Shown: positions 17,567-25,161 of the stretch, in pieces | How the letters are laid out: each line of letters begins with the position of its first letter | Numbering within the stretch: position 1 is the first letter of the stretch | From: a bacterium | Lineage (GTDB): Bacteria > JAHJDO01 | DNA: 64,000 nucleotides | Direction of reading: 5' to 3' | NCBI GenBank assembly: GCA_030652805.1 | Contig: JAUSPT010000100.1 | Location: 8,378-72,377, forward strand | Notes under the pieces: generated by a model | The model's database searches: none | What the model saw: the letters and a program-made list of their open reading frames with translations, nothing else | What the model was told of the DNA's origin: nothing | Translations under genes and position numbers: made by a program

Positions 17567-19273
17567 ATGAGAATCAAACAATTAATACTTAAAGATTTCG
17601 GCCCTTTCAATCGCTACAAGATATCATTTGTAGAAGAAGATGAAATCTGCATGCTGCTGACAGGAAAGAACAATGAAGGAAAATCTAGCATAATAAATGG
17701 ATTAAAACTCCTTAATGATGCAACAAAGGTCATAAACAAGAAAAAACAGGAAATAAAGATTGACGGAGACTACTATTACAAACTTCTTCAACAAGACACA
17801 GAAAATTTTCTTGTTGGTAGAATGATTCATAACTATAAAGAAAATAGGGCGGAGATTATTGGAATCTTTCAAGGTGGTTTGGAAATTACCGTATACTTAG
17901 ACCCTATCGAAAATATGATATTTGCAAATTTTGAAGGTTGCATCCCTGTTGATGTACATAACATTTTCGGTTTCATACCTCCCCTTGGACCACTGAATGA
18001 GAACGAAGACATAATTACAAAATTATCCTATCTCAAAGCAAGTATTGATACTTCTCTTGCACCTCGACATCTTAGAAACCACTTTTATCAAATTCTCACT
18101 AAAGACGAATTGGCTCTTGTTAGGCAACTTATAAAGAGGTCTTGGGTAGGCATTGAACTACTTGACTATGAGCTTAACTATCAACAAGGGAAAATATATT
18201 GCTATTACAAAGAGGGTGGTATTGGTCGTGAGATTTCTTGGGCAGGTCAAGGGCTTCAAGTTTGGTTCCAAATTATTACTCATGTTGTCAGACTCAGGGA
18301 ATCTTCAATCCTAATACTTGATGAGCCAGAAATTAATCTCCATCCAGAAAAGCAAAACGATATTATAAGAATATTAAAAGATTATTATCATGGAAGTATT
18401 ATAATCGCAACTCATTCCATTGAATTAATGAACAATGTTAGTGTTAGCCATATCATTAATGTCCAAAAAAAACACAACAAGCCAAAAATTAAATCAACAA
18501 AGGATAGGGTTTACTTAAACTTGGTACGGTCTCAAATTGGAAGCAATTTTAATCTAATTGCTTCACAATTCGAAGAGTTTGATATTATTGTTTTCACCGA
18601 AGATACATTTGATTTTGACATACTTCAACAGATAGCATTGGATTATAAAATAAGGAAAAAAGCTTTCAATATTCCAATTTATGGTTTTAGCGAATTTAAT
18701 AAATGTATCTCCTATAAGCACGCATACAAGACACTAATTGGAAAGGACATAGACTATACCCTTGTCCTGGATAGGGACTACTATCCGGAGGAATATCTAA
18801 AAAAAGTTACAGAAATCCTTAAAACCTCAAGCATTAAGGTCGTTTTTACGCCAGGAAAAGAAATTGAGAACTTATTTCTATCACCGGATATTCTAACTGC
18901 GTTAATTCCAGAAACATCTCATAAAAAATTTTCAAAGATTTGGGATGAAATGTTTGAATCACTTCGTCTGGATTGCTATGGAAGTTATCTCACACTTCAT
19001 GGCCAATTCTTAGATCCTAAATTAGACACAAAAACTATTGCAACACGTTACACTCCTGTTTTTGAAAAATGCTGGAGTGATACTAAGAATAGGCACAAGA
19101 TTGTTTCAGGAAAAGAAGCGTTGAAGGTGTTAAGAAAATTTTACAGAGATGAGACTAAAAGTAATCTAAGCCAAAATTTACTTATTGAAAAACTTATTCA
19201 AATAGAAAATGAAAACATCAAGCAATTCATTGAAGAAGTTTACCAATTAAGGAAAACCAGGGGACGTTCATAA
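17567..19273 (+). CDS. ABC-type ATPase fused to a DUF4435/OLD-Toprim-like domain (OLD-family or merged PARIS AriA-AriB-like)
   Basis: Walker A GKNNEGKSS (aa 33-41), signature-like SWAGQGLQ (about aa 224), Walker B ILILDEPE (about aa 248), ATHS. C-terminal half has IIVFTEDTFDFD, LVLDRDYY and GKEIENLFL in the order expected for Toprim/DUF4435. Confidence 0.6.
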   Translation: MRIKQLILKDFGPFNRYKISFVEEDEICMLLTGKNNEGKSSIINGLKLLNDATKVINKKKQEIKIDGDYYYKLLQQDTENFLVGRMIHNYKENRAEIIGIFQGGLEITVYLDPIENMIFANFEGCIPVDVHNIFGFIPPLGPLNENEDIITKLSYLKASIDTSLAPRHLRNHFYQILTKDELALVRQLIKRSWVGIELLDYELNYQQGKIYCYYKEGGIGREISWAGQGLQVWFQIITHVVRLRESSILILDEPEINLHPEKQNDIIRILKDYYHGSIIIATHSIELMNNVSVSHIINVQKKHNKPKIKSTKDRVYLNLVRSQIGSNFNLIASQFEEFDIIVFTEDTFDFDILQQIALDYKIRKKAFNIPIYGFSEFNKCISYKHAYKTLIGKDIDYTLVLDRDYYPEEYLKKVTEILKTSSIKVVFTPGKEIENLFLSPDILTALIPETSHKKFSKIWDEMFESLRLDCYGSYLTLHGQFLDPKLDTKTIATRYTPVFEKCWSDTKNRHKIVSGKEALKVLRKFYRDETKSNLSQNLLIEKLIQIENENIKQFIEEVYQLRKTRGRS

Positions 19274-19464
19274 AAAACATGAAAAACAACCCCAATGCCG
19301 ACACCAGCGCATTGGAGGCAGAAATTGCCCATCCGGGCCTAACCGAGGAAGAGATTGGGGGGTATTAAATGAGCAAAATAATGGCAGAAAAAAGGAAACC
19401 AGGCGACAAGGTAACCGTGACGAAGTAAAAGGACACAGCACCCTTCCTCCAAAATTCATATTAA

Positions 19465-19491
19465 GGGCACAAGATATTGTGCCCCTACAAA
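19465..19491 (-). repeat. hairpin repeat IR-R, exact inverted copy of 12879-12905
   Basis: GGGCACAAGATATTGTGCCCCTACAAA is the reverse complement of TTTGTAGGGGCACAATATCTTGTGCCC, with 27/27 identity. Confidence 0.85.
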
Positions 19492-19529
19492 ACCCCCAAT
19501 CAACCCAAAGAACGACACAACAAAGCAAA

Positions 19530-19554
19530 GGGACAGGCATGCCAGTCCCCTACA
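19530..19554 (-). repeat. GGG..CCCCTACA-type hairpin repeat
   Basis: GGGACAGGCATGCCAGTCCCCTACA. Palindromic stem with one A/A mismatch and the same CTACA tail. Confidence 0.65.
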
Positions 19555-19587
19555 TAAAAATCACAAAAGAAACCAATCTCTTGGAAT

Positions 19588-19615
19588 GGGCGAATACACG
19601 GATTCGCCCCTACAA
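19588..19615 (-). repeat. GGG..CCCCTACAA-type hairpin repeat
   Basis: GGGCGAAT-ACACGG-ATTCGCCC plus CTACAA tail. Confidence 0.7.
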
Positions 19616-19640
19616 TCTGGAAACAGGGATAATTTTATTT

Positions 19641-19783
19641 TTCGTAATGACAGAATGGGGATATTCAAACGGGCAGACGCAAGGGCTGCCCCTACAATAA
19701 CCGCCAGCTAAAGCAGGCGGTTGAGGGGGAGGGGACAAACGAGATTGTTTCGGGATTTCATCCTTCGCAATGACAGAATGGGC
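19641..19783. repeat. two direct copies of TCG(T/C)AATGACAGAATGGG (19641-19660 and 19763-19783)
   Basis: TTCGTAATGACAGAATGGGG and CTTCGCAATGACAGAATGGGC. The second copy is inverted relative to GTCATTGCGAAG at 12915. Confidence 0.6.
19671..19697 (-). repeat. GGG..CCCCTACAA-type hairpin repeat
   Basis: GGGCAG-ACGCAAGGG-CTGCCC plus CTACAA tail. Confidence 0.65.
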
Positions 19784-19879
19784 AAATAGTTTTGAACGAA
19801 TGCAGATAAATTGTTTGTCTAAATATTCTGAGTATTCTATAATGTAAAAAAGTTTCTAAGGCATACGGAAAGAATAACT

Positions 19880-20857
19880 ATGATAAAATCAAAGAAAGAG
19901 ACTCCTGTATCTATATATGATGTAATTATTATAGGAGCTGGGCCGTCCGGTCTGACAGCAGCGATATATACTTCAAGAGCAAGGTTAAAAACTCTATTGC
20001 TTGAGGGTCTTTCTGTGTCCAGTCAAGCTCTTGTGACTGATAAGATAGAAAATTATCCTGGATTTCCCGAAGGAATCAATGGATTTGATCTGATAGATAA
20101 GTTCAAAAAACAGGCAAAACTCTTTGGCGCAGAATTCGCGGCAGAAGATGTGAATAATATCCACGTCTCTAAACAGCAGAATATTAATAATATCTGGCAG
20201 GTTGAGGTAAAGGACAAAACATATCATTCACTATCAGTGATTATCGCTTCTGGTGCCCGGTTCAGAACATTGGGGATAGAGGGAGAGAAAAGGTTGCTTG
20301 GAAAGGGAGTGTCCTATTGCGCTGTGTGTGATGGAGCATTCTTCAAAGACAAGGATGTTGTTGTGGTCGGAGGAGGTGATGCGTCAGCAGAAGAAGCATT
20401 ATTCTTAACCAGATTTGCCAAAAAAATTACCATGGTACACAGAAGAGATAGATTAAGAGCGGCAAAAATTCTGCAAGAAAGGATATTTTCAAATAAGAAG
20501 ATAAGCATAGTCTGGAATTCAGTCATAAATGAGATTCTAGGCGAGACTAAGGTTCGGGGAGTTAGAATAACAGATCTCAAAGCAAAGAAAGAGACAGATA
20601 TTTCTTGCGATGGTGTGTTTATCTTTGTTGGACTTGTACCAAATACAAATTTTGTCAAAGACATAATTAAGCTGGATGAAAATGGGTATGTTATTGTTGA
20701 TAGCAAGATGAGAGCATCACGCGATGGAATATTTGCGTGTGGCGATTGCCGGCAAACCATCTTGCGGCAAGTAGTAACTGCCTGTGGAGATGGCGCATTT
20801 GCCGCATTTTCAGCCCAGCAGTACGTGGAGGACTTAAAAGGTACTGCATACAAATGA
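19880..20857 (+). CDS. trxB: thioredoxin-disulfide reductase
   Basis: GAGPSGLTAAIY FAD motif, redox-active CAVCDG, second Rossmann VVVGGGDSA-like block (VVVGGGDASAEEA). Confidence 0.9.
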   Translation: MIKSKKETPVSIYDVIIIGAGPSGLTAAIYTSRARLKTLLLEGLSVSSQALVTDKIENYPGFPEGINGFDLIDKFKKQAKLFGAEFAAEDVNNIHVSKQQNINNIWQVEVKDKTYHSLSVIIASGARFRTLGIEGEKRLLGKGVSYCAVCDGAFFKDKDVVVVGGGDASAEEALFLTRFAKKITMVHRRDRLRAAKILQERIFSNKKISIVWNSVINEILGETKVRGVRITDLKAKKETDISCDGVFIFVGLVPNTNFVKDIIKLDENGYVIVDSKMRASRDGIFACGDCRQTILRQVVTACGDGAFAAFSAQQYVEDLKGTAYK

Positions 20858-22743
20858 GTTCAATAAAAGCTACTTTCAAACCAGGAAATCGTTCGGTTTA
20901 TGTGCTGTCCAATACTTCAATACTGGAAGCTGCGGGCAGAACGGGTATTGTTATTACTTCTCCATGTGGAGGGCAGGGAACATGTGGAAAATGCAGGGTT
21001 CATATTATTGAAGGTAATGTTCCTCCAACCTCTACAGAAGAAAAAATATTATCTAAAGAAGATATATCAAGCGGCGTGAGGCTTGCATGTCAGAGTAAAA
21101 TAACGTCAAACTGTATTATAGATATTCCTCAGACTTCCATGGAATCCGCTCAGCAGATTCTTACAAAAGGCATACAGAGCAAGAAGGAAATTAAGCCAAG
21201 TGTTTGGAAAAAATATGTAGAGTTACAAAAGCCAACGCTTGCCAGTCCACAAGCCAATCTCAATCTAATAAGGGAAGCCGTTAATACAGATTTTCATGCA
21301 GATATATATGTTATTCGCAACCTTTCAGTAATCTTGAATGAGTCAGATTATAAGGTTACTTGTGTCTTTTCTGATGGAGAATTAATAAGCGTTGAAAAAG
21401 GGGATACAACAGGAACGGATTATGGAGTGGCATTTGATATTGGTACAACAACGCTTGTAGGCACACTTCTTGACCTCAATACAGGAGAGGAACTTGCGCT
21501 TGTCTCAAGAACAAATCCACAGATAATTTATGGAGATGATGTTATCTCCCGGATAAACTTTACAATAACAGATAAGGACGGCTTGGATAAGCTTTTTTAC
21601 AAAATAAGCAGAGAAATGAATGATATGATCTCTCAATTATCAAATGAGTCAGGAATAAATATTCACAACATATACAAGGTTGCAATTGCAGGTAATTCTA
21701 CAATGCAGCACATCTGTCTAAGGGTTACACCAAAAAGTCTTGCTAAAATTCCGTTTAATCTAGTGATTAGAGAACCTGTAGAAGTTAAAGCAAAGAAAAT
21801 AGGCATTGATATAAATCCGGACGCCCTTGTATATGTTTTGCCCAGCATTGCAGGTTTTGTTGGAGGAGACACAGTTGCGTGCATACTGGCAACACAATTA
21901 CACACAAAAAAAGCCCTTAAATTAATTATAGATATAGGTACAAATGGAGAAATAGTACTTGGCAATAATAAGAAAATAATTGCTGCTTCTACAGCTGCAG
22001 GTCCGGCATTTGAAGGAGCGCGCATATCTCAGGGGATGAGAGCAACTATTGGAGCGATAGAAAAGGTAATTATCAATGAGGACGTTGAATACAATGTTAT
22101 TGGAAATGTAGTACCATTTGGAATATGCGGTACCGGTCTAATTGACGGAGTGGCAGAATTATTAAAGGCAGGAGTAATTGATGAGACTGGCAGGATAGTT
22201 TCTCAAATCGAATACAAAGGGAATGAGAATATCCGAAGACGAATCATAGAGACTGAAAAAGGGAATGACTTCCTGCTTGTTGACGGACATGCTGCCAGAA
22301 GCAAGCGCCCTATTTTTATCTCGCAAAAAGATGTGCGCGAACTTCAGCTTGCAAAAGCGGCTATTGCAGCAGGAATAAAAATACTGCAGAAGGAATTGAA
22401 TGTTACAGATAAAGATATCTCTGAAATATATCTTGCGGGAGCGTTTGGCAATTTTATTCGCCGCACAAATGCAAAGAGAATAGGTTTAATCCCAAACATT
22501 CCTTCAGAGAAGATTGCTTTTGTAGGAAATGCGTCATCTTCCGGAGCAAAACTTGTTCTATTATCCTATGATATGGAAAAGGAAGCGGAACATATTTCTA
22601 CACAAACTAATTATATAGAGTTGTCTGCCAGAAGCGATTTTAATGAAAACTTTATGAATGAAATAGTGTTTCCCCTTCTCTGTCAAGAGAAGGGGATAGG
22701 GGATGAGTTAAAAGAAAGGAGAACAAAGTGGAAATCAAAGTAG
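20854..22743 (+). CDS. 2Fe-2S ferredoxin + ASKHA (DUF4445) protein, RACo-like corrinoid reductive activase family
   Basis: N-terminal plant-type ferredoxin block [19 protein letters not shown] phosphate motifs [10 protein letters not shown] and [12 protein letters not shown] chose the ATG at 20854, which overlaps the trxB stop (ATGA). Confidence 0.75.
   Translation: MSSIKATFKPGNRSVYVLSNTSILEAAGRTGIVITSPCGGQGTCGKCRVHIIEGNVPPTSTEEKILSKEDISSGVRLACQSKITSNCIIDIPQTSMESAQQILTKGIQSKKEIKPSVWKKYVELQKPTLASPQANLNLIREAVNTDFHADIYVIRNLSVILNESDYKVTCVFSDGELISVEKGDTTGTDYGVAFDIGTTTLVGTLLDLNTGEELALVSRTNPQIIYGDDVISRINFTITDKDGLDKLFYKISREMNDMISQLSNESGINIHNIYKVAIAGNSTMQHICLRVTPKSLAKIPFNLVIREPVEVKAKKIGIDINPDALVYVLPSIAGFVGGDTVACILATQLHTKKALKLIIDIGTNGEIVLGNNKKIIAASTAAGPAFEGARISQGMRATIGAIEKVIINEDVEYNVIGNVVPFGICGTGLIDGVAELLKAGVIDETGRIVSQIEYKGNENIRRRIIETEKGNDFLLVDGHAARSKRPIFISQKDVRELQLAKAAIAAGIKILQKELNVTDKDISEIYLAGAFGNFIRRTNAKRIGLIPNIPSEKIAFVGNASSSGAKLVLLSYDMEKEAEHISTQTNYIELSARSDFNENFMNEIVFPLLCQEKGIGDELKERRTKWKSK
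22669..22710 (+). repeat. REP-like element, copy 1 (TTTCCCCTTCTCTGTCAAGAGAAGGGGATAGGGGATGAGTTA)
   Basis: Contains a CCCCTTCTCT/AGAGAAGGGG palindrome. An inverted near-copy lies at 30859-30899. It lies inside the last 25 codons of the RACo-like ORF. Confidence 0.7.
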
Positions 22744-23045
22744 ATGACACAAATTTTAAGCAGGAAGTATTAGAATCAGATATTCCTGTCCTTGTGGATT
22801 TTTGGGCAGAGTGGTGCGGCCCCTGCCGTATGATTGCTCCGGCAGTTAAAGAGATAGCTGAAGAATATGATGGTAAGTTAAAAGTCTGTAAATTAAATGT
22901 TGATGAAGCGCCAGGAATATCTTCAGAATACGGCATTATGAGCATACCTACTTTAGCTATTTTTAAAGATGGTGCTGTAGTAGACAAGGTTGTAGGTGTA
23001 GCTTCCAAGACAGAACTTGTTTCTAAAATTACGCCTTATGTTTAA
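22728..23045 (+). CDS. trxA: thioredoxin
   Basis: [10 protein letters not shown] active site, 105 aa. GTG start preceded by AAAGGAG. Confidence 0.9.
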   Translation: MEIKVDDTNFKQEVLESDIPVLVDFWAEWCGPCRMIAPAVKEIAEEYDGKLKVCKLNVDEAPGISSEYGIMSIPTLAIFKDGAVVDKVVGVASKTELVSKITPYV

Positions 23046-23961
23046 TACTTCTATTTTTGGACCTGTCCCCTCAAGAAGATTGGGATTTTCACTGGGAGTA
23101 GATCTGGTCCCTTTCAAGGTATGCAGTCTTAATTGTATCTATTGCCAGCTTGGGAAAACAACATGCAAGACAGTTGCAAGAAAAGAATATGTATCCTGTG
23201 ATAAGATCTTAACTGAATTAGAAAAAGTATTAATAAATTCAAAAACCATTGATTATATTACCTTATCTGGCAGTGGGGAGCCTACACTCAACTCAAAGAC
23301 GGGCGAAATTATAAGAAAAATAAAAGAGATGACAACTATCCCTGTAGCAGTTATTACTAATGCTACACTGCTTAGTGATGATGCATTAAAAAAAGACCTG
23401 CTGCCTGCGGATTTGGTGGTGCCTTCTCTTGATGGAGCGACACAAGATGTATTTGAGAAAGTAAATAGGCCCTGTACATCTTTGAAAATAGAAAAGATAA
23501 TCAGAGGAATGATTGATTTTAGTAAAGCGTATGAAGGTAAAATATGGCTTGAAATAATGCTTGTTAAAGGCATAAATGAAAATGAGGATGAATTAAATGC
23601 TTTAAAGGCTGCAGTAGGTCAAATTAAGCCTGATAAAATTCAGCTAAATACTCCTGTTCGTCCTCCGTCCGAAGAATATGTAAGGGTATTAAGCAGCAAA
23701 AAGCTTTTTGAAATAAAAGAATTTTTTGGGAATAAGTGTGAGATTATCGCCAAGTTTACGAAAAAGAGACATAAGGCATATCTCAAGGATGTAGAGGATG
23801 AAATTCTTACTCTGATCAATCGTCGTCCTGTAACGTCTAAGGATATATCGTCTTCCTTGGGTTTGCACATTAATGAGGTTATAAAATATGTAGAAGATTT
23901 GGAAAAGCAAAAGAAAATAAGCTCAAAAATCTATCAGGGAAAGAGATATTTTCAAAAATGA
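23038..23961 (+). CDS. radical SAM protein (COG0731-like) with C-terminal winged-helix-like tail
   Basis: [14 protein letters not shown] followed by CSLNCIYCQ (CxxxCxxC). I chose the ATG at 23038. Confidence 0.7.
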   Translation: MFNTSIFGPVPSRRLGFSLGVDLVPFKVCSLNCIYCQLGKTTCKTVARKEYVSCDKILTELEKVLINSKTIDYITLSGSGEPTLNSKTGEIIRKIKEMTTIPVAVITNATLLSDDALKKDLLPADLVVPSLDGATQDVFEKVNRPCTSLKIEKIIRGMIDFSKAYEGKIWLEIMLVKGINENEDELNALKAAVGQIKPDKIQLNTPVRPPSEEYVRVLSSKKLFEIKEFFGNKCEIIAKFTKKRHKAYLKDVEDEILTLINRRPVTSKDISSSLGLHINEVIKYVEDLEKQKKISSKIYQGKRYFQK

Positions 23962-24674
23962 ATCTGATAATAAAGGGATTTATTCAAACCTCGCTTCTTG
24001 ACTGGGATGCTAAAATCGTCTCCACACTTTACACGCCGCACTGCAATTTTCGATGTCCTTACTGTCAAAACACTGGGCTTATTATCAATCCCGAAAAGTT
24101 AGAAACCATTTCTTTTAGAGTAATTAAGGAGTATTTGCGCAAAAATAATAGATGGATTGATGGAATATGTTTAACAGGCGGCGAGCCATGTATGTATGAA
24201 GATTTGCCGAAATTTATTCAAAAAATACGAGAGCTTGATATAATGGTGAAGCTTGACACTAATGGGGGATTTCCCGATATGCTTGCAGAGGTAATTGAGA
24301 GAAAATTAGTGAATTACATAGCTATGGATATAAAGGCGGCTCTGGATTTCACGTCATATTCCAAATCTACTGGTATCAAGAATCCCTTGATTTTGGAGAA
24401 AGTTAAGAATAGTATTAGATTAATAATGAAATCTGATATTGATTATGAGTTCAGGACTACTGTAGTGCCGACTTTACATGAAGAAGAAGATATATTGAGA
24501 ATAGCTAAATTTATCAAAGAGGCAAGAAAATATGCTCTGCAAAATTTTTCAGCCCAAGGAGAGATATTAGACCCAAAATTTAAGAAAATTAAACCTTATC
24601 CAATAGAAAAACTGAATAAGATCCAGAAACTGGTTTCTCCTTATGTAGAGAAGTGTGTGGTGAGAGGAAGTTAA
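23958..24674 (+). CDS. radical SAM activating enzyme, NrdG/PflA-like (anaerobic RNR activase family)
   Basis: SLLDWDAKIVSTLYTPHCNFRCPYCQN, then LTGGEP. Confidence 0.7.
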   Translation: MNLIIKGFIQTSLLDWDAKIVSTLYTPHCNFRCPYCQNTGLIINPEKLETISFRVIKEYLRKNNRWIDGICLTGGEPCMYEDLPKFIQKIRELDIMVKLDTNGGFPDMLAEVIERKLVNYIAMDIKAALDFTSYSKSTGIKNPLILEKVKNSIRLIMKSDIDYEFRTTVVPTLHEEEDILRIAKFIKEARKYALQNFSAQGEILDPKFKKIKPYPIEKLNKIQKLVSPYVEKCVVRGS

Positions 24675-24678
24675 AAAT

Positions 24679-25161
24679 ATGAATAAAATAGCGATATATC
24701 CAGGTACTTTTGATCCCATAACTCACGGACATATTGACCTTATCAAAAGAGGTATTAAAACATTTGATAAATTAGTTGTTGCAGTTGCGCATAATCCTGA
24801 CAAAAATCCCCTTTTTACGGTTTCTGAAAGAGTGGACATGTTAAAGGAAATCACAAAGGATATGAAGAATGTGAAAGTTGACGATTTTGGAGGGCTTCTT
24901 ATTGATTATGTACGCATTAAAGGGGCAAATGTTGTTTTAAGAGGCATTCGTGCCTTTTCTGATTTTGAGTATGAATTTCAGATGGCATTGATTAATCGAA
25001 AACTATCTCCGGAAACAGAGACAATATTTATGATGCCAAATGAGTCCTTTTCCTATGTCAGTTCCAAGATAATAAAGCAAATTGCATCCATGAACGGAGA
25101 TATCTCCAAATTTGTTCCAGAAGTTGTAGAAGAATATCTGAAGAAGAAATTAAATTCCTAA
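24679..25161 (+). CDS. coaD: pantetheine-phosphate adenylyltransferase
   Basis: IAIYPGTFDPITHGHIDL, 160 aa. Confidence 0.9.
   Translation: MNKIAIYPGTFDPITHGHIDLIKRGIKTFDKLVVAVAHNPDKNPLFTVSERVDMLKEITKDMKNVKVDDFGGLLIDYVRIKGANVVLRGIRAFSDFEYEFQMALINRKLSPETETIFMMPNESFSYVSSKIIKQIASMNGDISKFVPEVVEEYLKKKLNS

Noticed and set aside
19279-19428. Two tiny ORFs (29 and 19 codons: MKNNPNADTSALEAEIAHPGLTEEEIGGY and MSKIMAEKRKPGDKVTVTK) that might be remnants of an addiction module.
   Set aside because: They are too short and have no diagnostic motif. I only note them as part of the G/C-richer tail.
19465-19697. Possible CRISPR array, given four hairpin-forming repeats in a row.
   Set aside because: The repeat stems differ in sequence, the spacing is irregular, copies are few and no cas genes are present. 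REP/MITE-like hairpins fit better.
19268-19700. ORF-track ORFs of 90 aa (minus strand) and 73 aa (plus strand) in the island tail.
   Set aside because: They are composed of translated GC-rich hairpin repeats (..GAQYLVPL.., ..RIRPY..) and lack ribosome-binding sites. I treat them as non-coding repeat DNA.
11690-19800. Calling the island a mobile element such as a transposon or integrative element.
   Set aside because: The window contains no transposase, integrase, recombinase or relaxase. I saw no target-site duplication beyond the hairpin repeats, so I describe it only as a repeat-bracketed island.
20314-20853. Long antisense ORF (179 aa) inside trxB. Similar shadow ORFs occur at 5275-5826, 46965-47519, 56697-57335 and 58808-59200.
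   Set aside because: Each lies opposite a confidently identified gene with strong family motifs. They have no start signals or recognisable domains and look like typical shadow ORFs.
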